The translations under genes were made by a program, and so were the position numbers. This document shows positions 1 to 10,282 of a stretch of DNA of 64,000 nucleotides, in pieces. Position 1 is the stretch's first letter. Each line of letters starts with the position of its first letter. The stretch is from assembly GCA_965603355.1 (NCBI GenBank), contig CBFDCQ010000002.1, forward strand, positions 56,971 through 120,970, written 5' to 3'. Source of the DNA: an uncultured bacterium. Lineage in GTDB: Bacteria > Hydrogenedentota > CAZGCA01 > CBFDCQ01. The notes beneath the pieces are model-generated. The model saw only the letters and a program-made list of their open reading frames with translations, was not told the origin of the DNA and ran no database searches.

Positions 1-746
1 CTCGACATCAGTCGGTCGGTCACTGGATTGGACCCGAACGGCAACACCAGGCTGCAGTAAGGTTCCGTGCTTGCGATAAGGCCCGCTGCATAGCGGCCCT
101 GGAACAGCATCAAACACGCTGCGACTGCCGCTCCGTGAGCATCCTCCCATGAATCGCCCAGTTCCCGGAAATTGGTTCCCAGTCGTATCAGCTCCATATC
201 CAAGCTTGCCAGCATCTTGGCTGATTTCTCAGCAGCGCGGTCAAGGGCTTCATTACGATCCTGCGGGTCCCGGCACCAAAGTGCCATGACTCCCGCCGGC
301 AACGTACGTTTCAATCGCCCGCAATGGCCAGTCCGGTGACGAAACACGGTGAATGACGAGTCGACGCCGCCAGAGAAAGCCGTAATGGCTGCGTGTGAGT
401 CGCCCGCCTTTGGCTGCTCGCGTTCCACATCGGCAACTACCTCGATCCTCGTGTACCGATCCGAGCGCCAGGAAACCCAAGCCGCTTGGAATTCCTCAAG
501 ATTCTGTAGCAGAGACGGTGAGGCTTCTCCGTGCACCATCAAGTCCGTGGTTTCCCGCATCGCCCTGAAAAGCGTTGCCACCACAAACGGATCACACGCT
601 TTGGTGAGGGCAGAACCGTGCTGAACCGGCACGCTGTACCAAAGGCGAGTACGCTCACCCAGGGGGCTCTCGATCGTTACAGCAGCGATGGTTGAGCCAT
701 TGGCATCGAGCGTTTCCTCTGGCCAGAGATGCATTTTGTCGGCCAT
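1..746 (-). CDS. PP-loop (adenine nucleotide alpha-hydrolase-like) protein, 3' end outside window
   Basis: Absent from the ORF track. Manual translation from ATG at 746 (GGGAGA RBS) is open to the window edge: MADKMHLWPEE...AITAFSGGVDSSFT...LPFGSNPVTDRLMS. SGGVDS is a PP-loop motif. Confidence 0.75.
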   Translation of the reverse strand, partial: MADKMHLWPEETLDANGSTIAAVTIESPLGERTRLWYSVPVQHGSALTKACDPFVVATLFRAMRETTDLMVHGEASPSLLQNLEEFQAAWVSWRSDRYTRIEVVADVEREQPKAGDSHAAITAFSGGVDSSFTVFRHRTGHCGRLKRTLPAGVMALWCRDPQDRNEALDRAAEKSAKMLASLDMELIRLGTNFRELGDSWEDAHGAAVAACLMLFQGRYAAGLIASTEPYCSLVLPFGSNPVTDRLMS

Positions 747-793
747 CTTGTCTCCCTAAGACAACGTTTCTCTAACAGGTGAACTTGTAACCG

Positions 794-2602
794 CTACAGA
801 TGCTCATTCGACCAAAGAAACAGCCCAAGTAGTGATTTCAGGCCGGACGCTTCGGTGATGCTGTTCCCAAACGGCACAGGGACATCGGGGCCCGGCAGAA
901 GGTTGTCAAGGACGTCCTTGTGGAAAAGGTGCAGTACGCGCTCACGATATGGTTCTGCATGTTCTCGTACGGCCACCCATCCCGGTCCGTTAAAGTCATA
1001 GATGCGGAAGTAGTACCGGTGCTCGCCTTTCCGTCTTCTAATTGAGTCACGCAGGACGCGTAGAGGTTTGAGCTGGCAGTACAGATGTTGCACGATCTCT
1101 CGGCGAAGCCTCGGGCGAAGCGGTTCTGGATCATACGAGTTGTGGTCCAGAGGGAGTCCGGCAAGCTGCGGAAACCGCTTACATAGCAGTTCCTTTTCAG
1201 CCCGGCGCTCTCCGATTGTCGCGGCCGGCATGCCACCACCAGCCTCCAGCACCCCCCGGTCAAGTGCGGGCAGCGTCGGCCAGGCACCGAAGGCGAGACC
1301 CCACGCCATGCCTCCCACGTGAAAACGCTGCCGATGATGCAGGTTGAAGCACCACGCCCGCTGAGATTCGAGCTCGGAGTAGCCCTCGTATACGGTTCTG
1401 ATGCGAGAGAACGTCTCCTCAACCAGGTCGCCAAAAACCTCCCGTCGAAGCAGTTTCTTCAGGATGTCCCGCCTGAATCCCCAAAGATTGACGTGCGAGA
1501 AGAACGCGTCAAAGGAAGCGGTGTCAGACGACGGCACGTATGCCTTCTCAATCCAGGTTGTGCCCACGGCGGCGTCCATCATGAAGCCCGCTACGACCTC
1601 CTGTTCCAGCTCTCTCAGATGCGGATAAACGCCCCAGTTCATCATGAAATTGAAGCCGCTGGCAACGTGCTCCCACTTCGCCTGAACATCAGCGCAGAAG
1701 GGATACTGCTCGTAACCGATATTTGCGGTACGGCTCTCGAACCCAAGCGCACGGGCCGCAGGGATCGCGCACTTCATCTCGATATCGGAGCGTAAACCCA
1801 GGGTCAACGCCACAACATCAACACCCTTCTCCCTGAGATACCCGCCCAACATTCGAGAATCAAGTCCGCCCGAGAAGAGTTGAGTGTACCTCTTACCGAC
1901 GGACACGTGGCGAGTAACAGCCTCATCGAGCGTCCGACCGAGAATATCAACGTGGGCGGAATATGGCAGATCGAAATACCTGTTCGATACCGGGAGCTCG
2001 TATTGGCACACTTCCTTCGGAGGAGCGTCGGGACCGCAAACCAGCACATGCCCGGCTGCCAGGCGATGTACCCCGCGCAGCAACGTCTGTCCATCGAAGA
2101 TGTGCATTGTGAGAAGAATGCCTACCAGTCCTCTCGGATTGAACTCCATCCGAAAGGAGGGGTGGTGCCTGAACAGCTCGGGGCTTGACCCCACCAGTAC
2201 CACGTCTTCACTGGAGTAATAGTAAATCGGGAAGAGTCCCAGAAGGTCCGCGCCCACGGCCAGCCCGAAGTCCGCGTGATAGACGACCGCGGCGTAAAAC
2301 CCGTCGAACACCAGCCGGGGATGACTATCGGCGTCCTTCCACAATCGCCTCAAACTTGCGGCCTCCATCCTCTCGGACCCGGGTCCGTTGATCGCCTCCC
2401 CCAAGAGCACAGAAGCGCCCTTGTCGTCGGCAACGTGACTGACAGGCGCCCGCTTCTCCGCCGCCCACATTGCCGAGAAATCCCCAGCCGAGCATGTGGC
2501 ATTCGCCAAACCGTCGACAGGAGAAAGGATCGGTGTTACCTTTTCGACAAAACGGCTGCGTCGTTCGACATTCGGATCTATAACGACGACGAAATTGGCC
2601 AT
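794..2602 (-). CDS. Asparagine synthetase-like protein with degenerate N-terminal glutaminase domain
   Basis: 602 aa; DLLGLFPIYY and FSGGLDSR motifs; starts MANF, so it lacks the N-terminal catalytic Cys of AsnB. Confidence 0.8.
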   Translation of the reverse strand: MANFVVVIDPNVERRSRFVEKVTPILSPVDGLANATCSAGDFSAMWAAEKRAPVSHVADDKGASVLLGEAINGPGSERMEAASLRRLWKDADSHPRLVFDGFYAAVVYHADFGLAVGADLLGLFPIYYYSSEDVVLVGSSPELFRHHPSFRMEFNPRGLVGILLTMHIFDGQTLLRGVHRLAAGHVLVCGPDAPPKEVCQYELPVSNRYFDLPYSAHVDILGRTLDEAVTRHVSVGKRYTQLFSGGLDSRMLGGYLREKGVDVVALTLGLRSDIEMKCAIPAARALGFESRTANIGYEQYPFCADVQAKWEHVASGFNFMMNWGVYPHLRELEQEVVAGFMMDAAVGTTWIEKAYVPSSDTASFDAFFSHVNLWGFRRDILKKLLRREVFGDLVEETFSRIRTVYEGYSELESQRAWCFNLHHRQRFHVGGMAWGLAFGAWPTLPALDRGVLEAGGGMPAATIGERRAEKELLCKRFPQLAGLPLDHNSYDPEPLRPRLRREIVQHLYCQLKPLRVLRDSIRRRKGEHRYYFRIYDFNGPGWVAVREHAEPYRERVLHLFHKDVLDNLLPGPDVPVPFGNSITEASGLKSLLGLFLWSNEHL

Positions 2603-2773
2603 CTGAATTTTGCCCCAATTAGTTAAGAAGAGGTTGCGGGTCCTGGAAGTCGACCGTGCAGCCCTTTGCCGAGATCCATTAGCACACGAATATCGACAGA
2701 GAAACTGCCTTTACTGTATGGAATACGATACTAAACGAAGATCGCCAGTCCTGTCTCGTTAGAAAACACGGAA

Positions 2774-3484
2774 CTAGGATTTCAATAGAAGGCCCTTCAG
2801 TACGTCAATATGATAGTTTCTAACTTCGAGCTTGTGCCCCGTGCCGATGGTGCGAAGCACGCCCTTCACCTTGCAGCGAAGAACGAGCTGGCTGTAAGCC
2901 ATATCGCAGATGCGCAGAGGCTCGCCGACCATCTCAGGATGTTCCTCTTGACAGAACATCTTGTCATCTAAAGCTTCTATGAGCACCGTTTCAACCTTCT
3001 TGCCACCCGGCATTCCGCCCAGGACGCGGATCATGTTGGCCTTGGTGACGGGACCGGTTCTGCCATAGAGGGTCATAATGCTGTTGAACGACTCCTCCGG
3101 GAAGGCGTGCAGAACTTTCTTGGCAAGATGGAAATCACGAGATCGACTCACGAGCTTACCGTTCTTCATCTTCAATGCCGGTTGTCTGATATTCTTGATG
3201 CTGAGTTCTATAGCCTCTTTCTTCCTGTGTCCAAACGCGGCGGACACTCCCTTACCCGGGAATCTTTTATCCGCTGGAAGTTCTCCATTCTTGAGCTCTG
3301 CAAAAGCTTCCTTCACGGAGAGGCTCTTCAGCCTCCCTAAGGCTGCCTCTCTCTTAGCATCTAGCGCCTGGTCCACAGCCGGACGTGCCGGTCTCTTCAC
3401 ATCGCCCGCCAATGCGACCAGTGACACAAACAATGGCAGCACCAACGCAGTTACAACGACTCTCTTATGTCTCATCATGGCCAC
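2774..3484 (-). CDS. Hypothetical exported basic protein
   Basis: 236 aa; N-terminal signal-like segment (KRVVVTALVLPLFVSLVALA); follows the large PKD gene by 43 bp. Confidence 0.7.
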   Translation of the reverse strand: MAMMRHKRVVVTALVLPLFVSLVALAGDVKRPARPAVDQALDAKREAALGRLKSLSVKEAFAELKNGELPADKRFPGKGVSAAFGHRKKEAIELSIKNIRQPALKMKNGKLVSRSRDFHLAKKVLHAFPEESFNSIMTLYGRTGPVTKANMIRVLGGMPGGKKVETVLIEALDDKMFCQEEHPEMVGEPLRICDMAYSQLVLRCKVKGVLRTIGTGHKLEVRNYHIDVLKGLLLKS

Positions 3485-3527
3485 AACCCCTCATCCCTTC
3501 TACTCACGGTTTCAGACACGGCTAACG

Positions 3528-6500
3528 TTACTGATCCTGGTCCTCCGGCGTCTTAGTGAAGTCATAGTAGTCATATACCGGCTCAAAGGCTTGAATGATC
3601 TCCCATATCTCGAAGTCGCTCTTTCCCTGTAGGTAGGCCTCGAGGTACAAGATCGACGCAAGGCTGCCAGAGGTACCCAAGGTGTGGAACAGAGTACCCC
3701 GGTTGAAGGTGTCTATGTAGTAGTGGCCGCTGTCGCAGCTGTCGTACAGCATCCTCGCGTACTGGAACTCATCCTTATAAATGTCCGGCTCCCTGCGGAA
3801 CAGGACCGTCTTGCTTCCGAAGTGACGCAAAGGATAATCCGTATTATCGATCGTCCTAACCAACGCAACTGCCACTAAGTTCTCCTTCGTCTCCGTCCTG
3901 GTAAAGCCGTCGCCGTCGGTCACAGTCAAACTTACCGTGTAGTGGCCCAAGTCCGTGTAGGTGTGCGTAGGACTCTGTTCATAGCTCGGATCGCTATCAT
4001 CGCCAAAATCCCACTCCCAGGATACTATGCTGCTCCCGGAGCTCCTATCTCGGAAACTCACATCTAAAGGTGGTGACCCTTGATAACCGTATACGCTGAA
4101 CTCGGCCTGGAATGGAGGCTCCCCGTCGCCAACAGTAATATAATCCACCTCTGTTGTGGTGGAGGTTCCTGCCGGACCGGAAACTGTCAGGCTCACCGTG
4201 TACGTGCCGGGCTCAGTGTAAGTGTGATTGAGACGATCCCGCGTAACGTTCAAGAACCCATCCCCACAGTCCCAATGCCGCTCCGTGAAATCGCCGGTGC
4301 TCTCGTTGCGCAATGAGACTTCCAGCGGCGCCGGTCCGCTTCGTATTGATGCGCGGAAATTGGCCTGAATGATCTCCGGAGGATTGCCCGCGTCAGCTAC
4401 CCGCACAGCGTCCGCACACACATAGCCGCCGTCGGCGTCATCGGTCAACACCACTGAGGACTCTCCAGCGTCAAAGTGGACTGTTGCTAATTCGTTCCAT
4501 TGGCCGCCATTCACCCTCTGGTTTGCAAGGACGGTTGTCGTGCCCGCTATAGTATACGGGGCATTGTAGGTGTTAGAACCACTGCCGGGCCACCAGGCAG
4601 ATACCACATAGTCTCCCGGGTCATCAAGTCTGAAGATGAACTCAGCCCAGTTGGCGCCGCTACCGGCGGATCCGCGCATGTAGCTTTCCTTGAAGTGTTC
4701 ATCGCCAGTCTGGATCTCCGTCCAGTTCCCGTAGTACTGGAACGACGTGTAGTCCACCGCCGGATTGAGTATGTAGTGCTGCTCATGTTCGGGATATAAT
4801 GTCGGGTTCGGTACGTCCCCTGTCGGTGAGTACCAAGGCTCTACGTCAGAACCGTTGAATCTGTCGACCGCGCCCATCCGGACAGTCTCAACCATGTAAT
4901 GGGTCGGATCGCCGGGGACTTGATAAGTCGGGTAGTAGTTATAGGGTGGATCTCCTCGTGGGTCGCCCCAATAGTGCGGCATGACGGCGCTGGCATAATC
5001 GCTTTGGAAGATCGGCCACCAGAACGGGTACTCTTGACCCGTCCTCATCCCGCTAATGCTGACGTGGACCCATGGGGAGGAGAAGTTGAATATCCTGTCG
5101 TCATCAAAGAATTGAACATCCTCGATCACCTGCTCATTGAGCTCACGTATCGTGCTGAAAACTGCCCCAATACCATAGTTTGAATGACCCAGGGGGATAA
5201 GCTGTGCGCCCGGCTTTCTCAGGGCGTCCGCCATGTCCGGAATACAATCGAGACCCTGGTGCAAAACGATGACATTGGTCTTGTTCAGGCTTTCATTCCG
5301 GTAAACCCACTTATTATCGCCTTCGCGGTATGCTCCGATGTTCTCGAGCATCGTCACATACTCAGGTCTCAAGTTCGCATAGGCATACAGGAAGAACACG
5401 AAGGTGGGTTCGCTGGTCGAGACGTCGCCGGTTATATCAACCGTCAGTGTGGCTTCACGTGACACGGCGCCTTCGTCGTCCTGGACACTGAAGGATACGA
5501 TGTGGCAACCCTCTGACAATCCTGAAGTGCTGAAGGACTCAGAACTGCTCAGATGGCCGTCCAAACTCGACTCCCAAGTGCAACTCGCTATCGCGCCGTC
5601 CATATCCGTACCGTAACCAGTGAAATCCACGGACTCGCCCAGCGGAGAAGGATTCAGATCGACGGAAGCTATCGTCGCTGTCGGCGGAGCGTTCTCACCG
5701 GGCAGGTAGACGAACCCGACCGCGTCGGCGGAGTAGGTCGTTGGGAAACCCTCCGCAGTCAAGACGACGGTGGCTCCATCCGCCGCATCAAAACCATATG
5801 TGCCAAGATAGTTCCACATGCCTCCACCCTGCTGCTGATTGAGGGTGAACGCGTCGGACCCTGTGGCGTGATGAACCATGATCGGCGCAACCTGGGAACG
5901 GGAAGGGTACTCCGCGTACCAGACAAAGACCTGGTAAGCGCCGGTCTCCGGCAGGTCGGCATGCCACGTGTAAGTCGCGTCATCACGACCCCACAGAGAC
6001 TCAGTACCGTAGTAGCCCGACGCCGCAGAAGTGTGCCATATGCCCGTGCTCGACGTGCCGGGATCCCCATTGTCAACGACCAGGTCGGTTGGCATATCGC
6101 CCACTACGAGCGTTTCGGTTACCTCCGGGGACCATTCAAGATCGTCATCCTGGACCCGGAAGAAGATCGTATGCGTACCTGCAGACAGAGTTGAATCCGT
6201 GATTGACGCCCCGCTCTCCATAGGCCCGTCTATACTCGAGCGCCACTCGTACGCCCCTATCGTACCATCGCTGTCCGTACCATGACCAACGAAGGACACT
6301 AGGTCGCCTTCCCCGGCAGGATTTGGGTCTATAAGATCTATGAACGCCTCCGGCGCTTCGTTATCAGGCGTCCCCTCTTCCTCGATGATGAGAGGCGCGC
6401 TGACCTCCGGTGACCATTCCAGATCGTCGTCCTGGACGCGCAAGGAGATCGTATGTGCACCTAATACAAGGTCCGACCTGGCAAATGATGCCGATGTACC

Positions 6501-8375
6501 AATAACGGCTGGATCCTGGATATCGGAGCGCCACTCGTATGCCCCTATCGTCCCGTCAATATCCGTCCCCAAACCCGTGAATGTCACCAGGGTACCTTCC
6601 GTGGCGGGATTCGGCGTGATCGAGCTTATCGATGCTACCGGCGGTATGTTCGCGGGTGGAGGTCCCTCCTCAATCGTGAGAGGCGCGGTTACGTACGACG
6701 ACCATTCAGAATCGTCGTCCTGCACACGTAAGGAGATCGTATGTGCACCTAATACAAGGTCGACCCTGGCAAATGATGCCGATGTACCAATAACGGCTGG
6801 ATCCTGGATATCCGAACGCCACTCGTATGCCCCTATCGTCCCGTCAGTATCCGTCCCCAAACCCGTGAATGTCACCAGGGTACCTTCCGTGGCGGGATTC
6901 GGGGCGATGGAGTCTATCGACGCTATCGGCGGTACGTTCGGGGGCGGTACCTCCTCAATGACGAGAGGCGCGCTGACCTCCGCTGACCATTCCTCCTGAT
7001 CGTCCTGCACACGCAAGGAGATCGTATGCGTACCTAGGACGAGGTCCGACCTGGCAAATGATGCCGATGTACCAATAAGGCCTGGCTGGATGTCCGAGCT
7101 CCACTCGTATGCACCTATCGTGCCGTCAACATCCGAGCCGGAACCCGTGAATGTCACCAGGGTACCTTCTATGGCTACACTCGGGTTAATAGAGACTATT
7201 GATGCTACCGGCGGCACGTTCTCATCGCTCAGGTAGACAAGCCCTATTGCGTCAGCACAGTAACTCGTAGGATAGGAGCCGTCTGCAGTAATTGTGACAG
7301 TCGCCCCCACCGCTGCGTCAAAACCGTACGTCCCGAGAAGATTCCACATGCCTCCGTTCTGCTGCTGATTCACAGGGACCTCGTCAGATGCGCCGCTGTA
7401 TTCAATTGTCACCGGCGCAGCCGTAGAACGCGAAGACCACTCGGTCCACCACATGTAAACCTCATAAGCGCCTGTCGCCGGCAGATCAGCGTGCCACGTG
7501 TAGGTCGCGCCATTACGCGACCAGAGAGAATTGGCCCCATAGGGGTCGGGGGCGGAGGATGGGCTCCATGTACCGCTGCTCGATGTACCGGATTCGCCGT
7601 TATCGACTATTATGTCAGGTTCGAAGGCGCCAACAATGAGTGTTTGGCTGACCTCCGGTGACCACTCCAGATCGTCGTCCTGCACCCGGAAGAAGATGGT
7701 ATGCACACCTTCCGAGAAATCCGACTTGGCAAAAGACGGCGATGCACCCAGATCTTCATCAGTCGTGCGCCACTCGTATCCCACTATCGTACCGTCAATA
7801 TCCGTACCGTGCCCATTGAAGGTCACCAGGTCGCCCAGACCGGCGGGATTCGGGTCTATGGAGTCTATCACAGCCGTCGGCGACAGGTTTGCCCCAGGCA
7901 CGTAGACAAAACGCACCGCGTCGGCACAGTAGCTTGTCGGATAGGAACTCTCCGCGGTAATTGTCACAGTGGCGCCGGCTGCCCCGTCAAAAGTATACGT
8001 TCCTACGTGATTCCACGTACCTCCGTCTGTCTGCTGATTGACGGGGATAACTTGGGACCCACCGCTATATTCAATTGTCACCGGTGCGCTGGTGGAGCGG
8101 GAACCCCACGCGGTCCACCACAAATGCACCTCGTAAGCGCCTGTCCCAGGCAGATCGGCATGCCACGTGTACGTGGCTCCGTTACGCGCCCAGAGAGAAT
8201 TGGCCCCATACGGATCGGGGGCGGAGGATGGGCTCCATGAGCCGGTGCTCGAAGTGCCCAAGTCACCATTATCAATGATGATTTCTTGAGCATTTGCGAT
8301 GCTGCAGTTCATCAGCGTCAAGAAAAGGAATGTGAAACCTACAAAGGCGAACAACCTGGAAGTACTCTTCTTCAT
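3528..8375 (-). CDS. Large secreted multidomain protein with golvesin/xanthan-lyase-CBM-like repeats, PKD/Ig-like repeats and a possible peptidase core
   Basis: 1615 aa; signal peptide ending ANA; repeated IIDNG...ATYTWHADLP...YCADA modules; PKD motifs WDFGD and HTYT.PG.YTVSLTV; GGAG RBS. Confidence 0.85.
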   Translation of the reverse strand: MKKSTSRLFAFVGFTFLFLTLMNCSIANAQEIIIDNGDLGTSSTGSWSPSSAPDPYGANSLWARNGATYTWHADLPGTGAYEVHLWWTAWGSRSTSAPVTIEYSGGSQVIPVNQQTDGGTWNHVGTYTFDGAAGATVTITAESSYPTSYCADAVRFVYVPGANLSPTAVIDSIDPNPAGLGDLVTFNGHGTDIDGTIVGYEWRTTDEDLGASPSFAKSDFSEGVHTIFFRVQDDDLEWSPEVSQTLIVGAFEPDIIVDNGESGTSSSGTWSPSSAPDPYGANSLWSRNGATYTWHADLPATGAYEVYMWWTEWSSRSTAAPVTIEYSGASDEVPVNQQQNGGMWNLLGTYGFDAAVGATVTITADGSYPTSYCADAIGLVYLSDENVPPVASIVSINPSVAIEGTLVTFTGSGSDVDGTIGAYEWSSDIQPGLIGTSASFARSDLVLGTHTISLRVQDDQEEWSAEVSAPLVIEEVPPPNVPPIASIDSIAPNPATEGTLVTFTGLGTDTDGTIGAYEWRSDIQDPAVIGTSASFARVDLVLGAHTISLRVQDDDSEWSSYVTAPLTIEEGPPPANIPPVASISSITPNPATEGTLVTFTGLGTDIDGTIGAYEWRSDIQDPAVIGTSASFARSDLVLGAHTISLRVQDDDLEWSPEVSAPLIIEEEGTPDNEAPEAFIDLIDPNPAGEGDLVSFVGHGTDSDGTIGAYEWRSSIDGPMESGASITDSTLSAGTHTIFFRVQDDDLEWSPEVTETLVVGDMPTDLVVDNGDPGTSSTGIWHTSAASGYYGTESLWGRDDATYTWHADLPETGAYQVFVWYAEYPSRSQVAPIMVHHATGSDAFTLNQQQGGGMWNYLGTYGFDAADGATVVLTAEGFPTTYSADAVGFVYLPGENAPPTATIASVDLNPSPLGESVDFTGYGTDMDGAIASCTWESSLDGHLSSSESFSTSGLSEGCHIVSFSVQDDEGAVSREATLTVDITGDVSTSEPTFVFFLYAYANLRPEYVTMLENIGAYREGDNKWVYRNESLNKTNVIVLHQGLDCIPDMADALRKPGAQLIPLGHSNYGIGAVFSTIRELNEQVIEDVQFFDDDRIFNFSSPWVHVSISGMRTGQEYPFWWPIFQSDYASAVMPHYWGDPRGDPPYNYYPTYQVPGDPTHYMVETVRMGAVDRFNGSDVEPWYSPTGDVPNPTLYPEHEQHYILNPAVDYTSFQYYGNWTEIQTGDEHFKESYMRGSAGSGANWAEFIFRLDDPGDYVVSAWWPGSGSNTYNAPYTIAGTTTVLANQRVNGGQWNELATVHFDAGESSVVLTDDADGGYVCADAVRVADAGNPPEIIQANFRASIRSGPAPLEVSLRNESTGDFTERHWDCGDGFLNVTRDRLNHTYTEPGTYTVSLTVSGPAGTSTTTEVDYITVGDGEPPFQAEFSVYGYQGSPPLDVSFRDRSSGSSIVSWEWDFGDDSDPSYEQSPTHTYTDLGHYTVSLTVTDGDGFTRTETKENLVAVALVRTIDNTDYPLRHFGSKTVLFRREPDIYKDEFQYARMLYDSCDSGHYYIDTFNRGTLFHTLGTSGSLASILYLEAYLQGKSDFEIWEIIQAFEPVYDYYDFTKTPEDQDQ
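6390..7220 (-). repeat. Three near-identical intragenic tandem repeats of 285-288 bp (Ig/PKD-like units)
   Basis: AAGGAGATCGTATG recurs at 6442, 6730 and 7015 with long identical flanks. Confidence 0.9.
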
Positions 8376-8602
8376 TTGCCGGTCTCCTCAAACATTACTG
8401 GACCAAAAACCATCGCAGTCTCGCGCACAGATCGCGACTACTGCAACAAGGTTTACCTCCAATCTCGGATTTCCCACAAGGAACACATACGCGGCCCATT
8501 GTAGTACCTTGCACCTGCACCGGGTGCTTGATTATCGTCAACGTGTTTCACCGAACAAACCCGACCCGACCTACTAACGGTATTTACACCCAAGTTACAA
8601 TG

Positions 8603-8618
8603 AGCAATTCCTGTGCCA
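8603..8618 (-). promoter_or_regulatory. Sigma54 -24/-12 promoter upstream of the large PKD gene
   Basis: Minus strand TGGCACAGGAATTGCT, GG-N10-GC, close to the TGGCACG-N4-TTGC consensus. Confidence 0.8.
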
Positions 8619-8692
8619 CCGAAAGAAACCGTTCGGAACTCGTCACTGAATAAAGATTTAAGAGCTATGGCATACATCTGGTTTTGTCCTTA

Positions 8693-8816
8693 TGTTGCGT
8701 TTCCTCAACATCCCCAATACCTCCGGGAGGAGGGTAGGCAATTCAGAACTCTTCATATTACAAGTAGTTAGCTGGTGCTAGCAGCGCTAAAACCTAAATG
8801 TTGCACTTTTTAAACA
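8693..8816. promoter_or_regulatory. Two putative enhancer-binding-protein sites (TGTTGC-N8-AACA)
   Basis: TGTTGCGTTTCCTCAACA (8693-8710) and TGTTGCACTTTTTAAACA (8799-8816); the same motif and spacing recur at 24912 and 25017. Confidence 0.7.
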
Positions 8817-8983
8817 GTCAAATCTACGAACCTACATCGATAGCCGCAATTCATCTCGTATATTGCTGTATAGCAAGAACTTACGCGCCCTTATTGGAGT
8901 CACCAATAATCGCAGCACCGTCAACAAAAGGGCACAGGAGACCATGCCGTGTCACCCGGCCGCTTGCCAGACCCCCGTGAGGC

Positions 8984-10279
8984 TCAGTGTTTCAGAGACT
9001 CAGAGTCTTGCGAGAGTGTTTCCTCTCCGAGGTCCGTTTCATGCGACGTGCTCCATGAGCGGACAGCGTACGTGCTTCCGTACTGATTATCCACCGGCAC
9101 CTCGGGCCGTTTGGAGGGTCGGCAGACATGCAACTGGACCACCTCCGGATGTTCGTAGTAATGAGCTGCAAGGTTGCCCCCCTGCATTATCCAAAACTGC
9201 AAACCGTATCGACCCGGGTTGAGGGGCAGGAATGGAACATGGCAGTAGACTGTATTCACCCCATGCAGGTCCGGCAGTGAGTCACTATACGAGCTGGACA
9301 TGGTCATAACGCGATTACCCAAAGCGTCAATAAGAGCAAGTACAACGACAGGACGTTCGCAATCCGAAGGTATTCGCAGATCGACCCCGATTACCGCGTA
9401 GTCACCGCTGGCTATCTCCTGCACGGGTTCAGCATTCTTGTTCAGGAAGAAGACTCGCGAGATCGGCTGCACGCTGGAATCGACGTCGGCGCCGGGGGTA
9501 CCGCCTCCAAAAACCTCGCGACCGTGCACGTGACGCATGTACTCATCGGCACACTCGGAAGGCGGACCCTCGAACAGCACGCGCCCCTTGTCCAGCAGAA
9601 TAGCACGGTTGCACGTGCGAATGATCTGTCGGAGATTGTGACTGACCATGACGGCCGCGTGCTTTTCCGTGCGGAACGCCAAGATCTTTTTCAGGCATTT
9701 CGCCTGGAACGACGCGTCGCCGACGGCGAGAATCTCGTCGATCAGGAGTATCGCAGGATCAGCGTGAACGGCGATGCTAAACGCCAGCCTGAGAAACATA
9801 CCGGATGAGTAATACTTGACCGGCGTGTCGATAAACTTTGCCTCGAGCTCGCTAAACTCAATGATTTCCCGCTCTTTCTTCGCTATTTCCGACAGAGACA
9901 ACCCCAGGATGCTGCCGTTCACGTAGATATTCTCGCGACCGGTAAGCTCAAATGAGAATCCGGCGCCCAACCCGATGAGTGGGGTCACAGAACCGTTGAC
10001 CGCACAAAGTCCCGCTGTGGGTCTCATCAATCCGCTCAACAACTTCAGAATGGTGCTCTTGCCGGCGCCATTCGCCCCCATTATGCCAAGACACTCCCCG
10101 TTGTCCACGTGGAACGTGACATCATGCAGGGCCCAAAACGTCCCCTTCACGCGCTGCTTGAACGATCGCCCCATAAGAAGTCTCGAAGCGTTTGTGAACA
10201 GGTCGCGGAGACTTGTCGCTCTTTCGCCTACGCGAAACTTCTTCCAGACGTGATCAAAAACGATAGCCGGTTCACTCAT
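8984..10279 (-). CDS. wzt: Polysaccharide ABC transporter ATP-binding subunit with Wzt C-terminal domain
   Basis: GANGAGKST Walker A, YSSGMFLRLAF signature, LLIDE Walker B, C-terminal extension. Confidence 0.92.
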   Translation of the reverse strand: MSEPAIVFDHVWKKFRVGERATSLRDLFTNASRLLMGRSFKQRVKGTFWALHDVTFHVDNGECLGIMGANGAGKSTILKLLSGLMRPTAGLCAVNGSVTPLIGLGAGFSFELTGRENIYVNGSILGLSLSEIAKKEREIIEFSELEAKFIDTPVKYYSSGMFLRLAFSIAVHADPAILLIDEILAVGDASFQAKCLKKILAFRTEKHAAVMVSHNLRQIIRTCNRAILLDKGRVLFEGPPSECADEYMRHVHGREVFGGGTPGADVDSSVQPISRVFFLNKNAEPVQEIASGDYAVIGVDLRIPSDCERPVVVLALIDALGNRVMTMSSSYSDSLPDLHGVNTVYCHVPFLPLNPGRYGLQFWIMQGGNLAAHYYEHPEVVQLHVCRPSKRPEVPVDNQYGSTYAVRSWSTSHETDLGEETLSQDSESLKH

Positions 10280-10282
10280 GCT

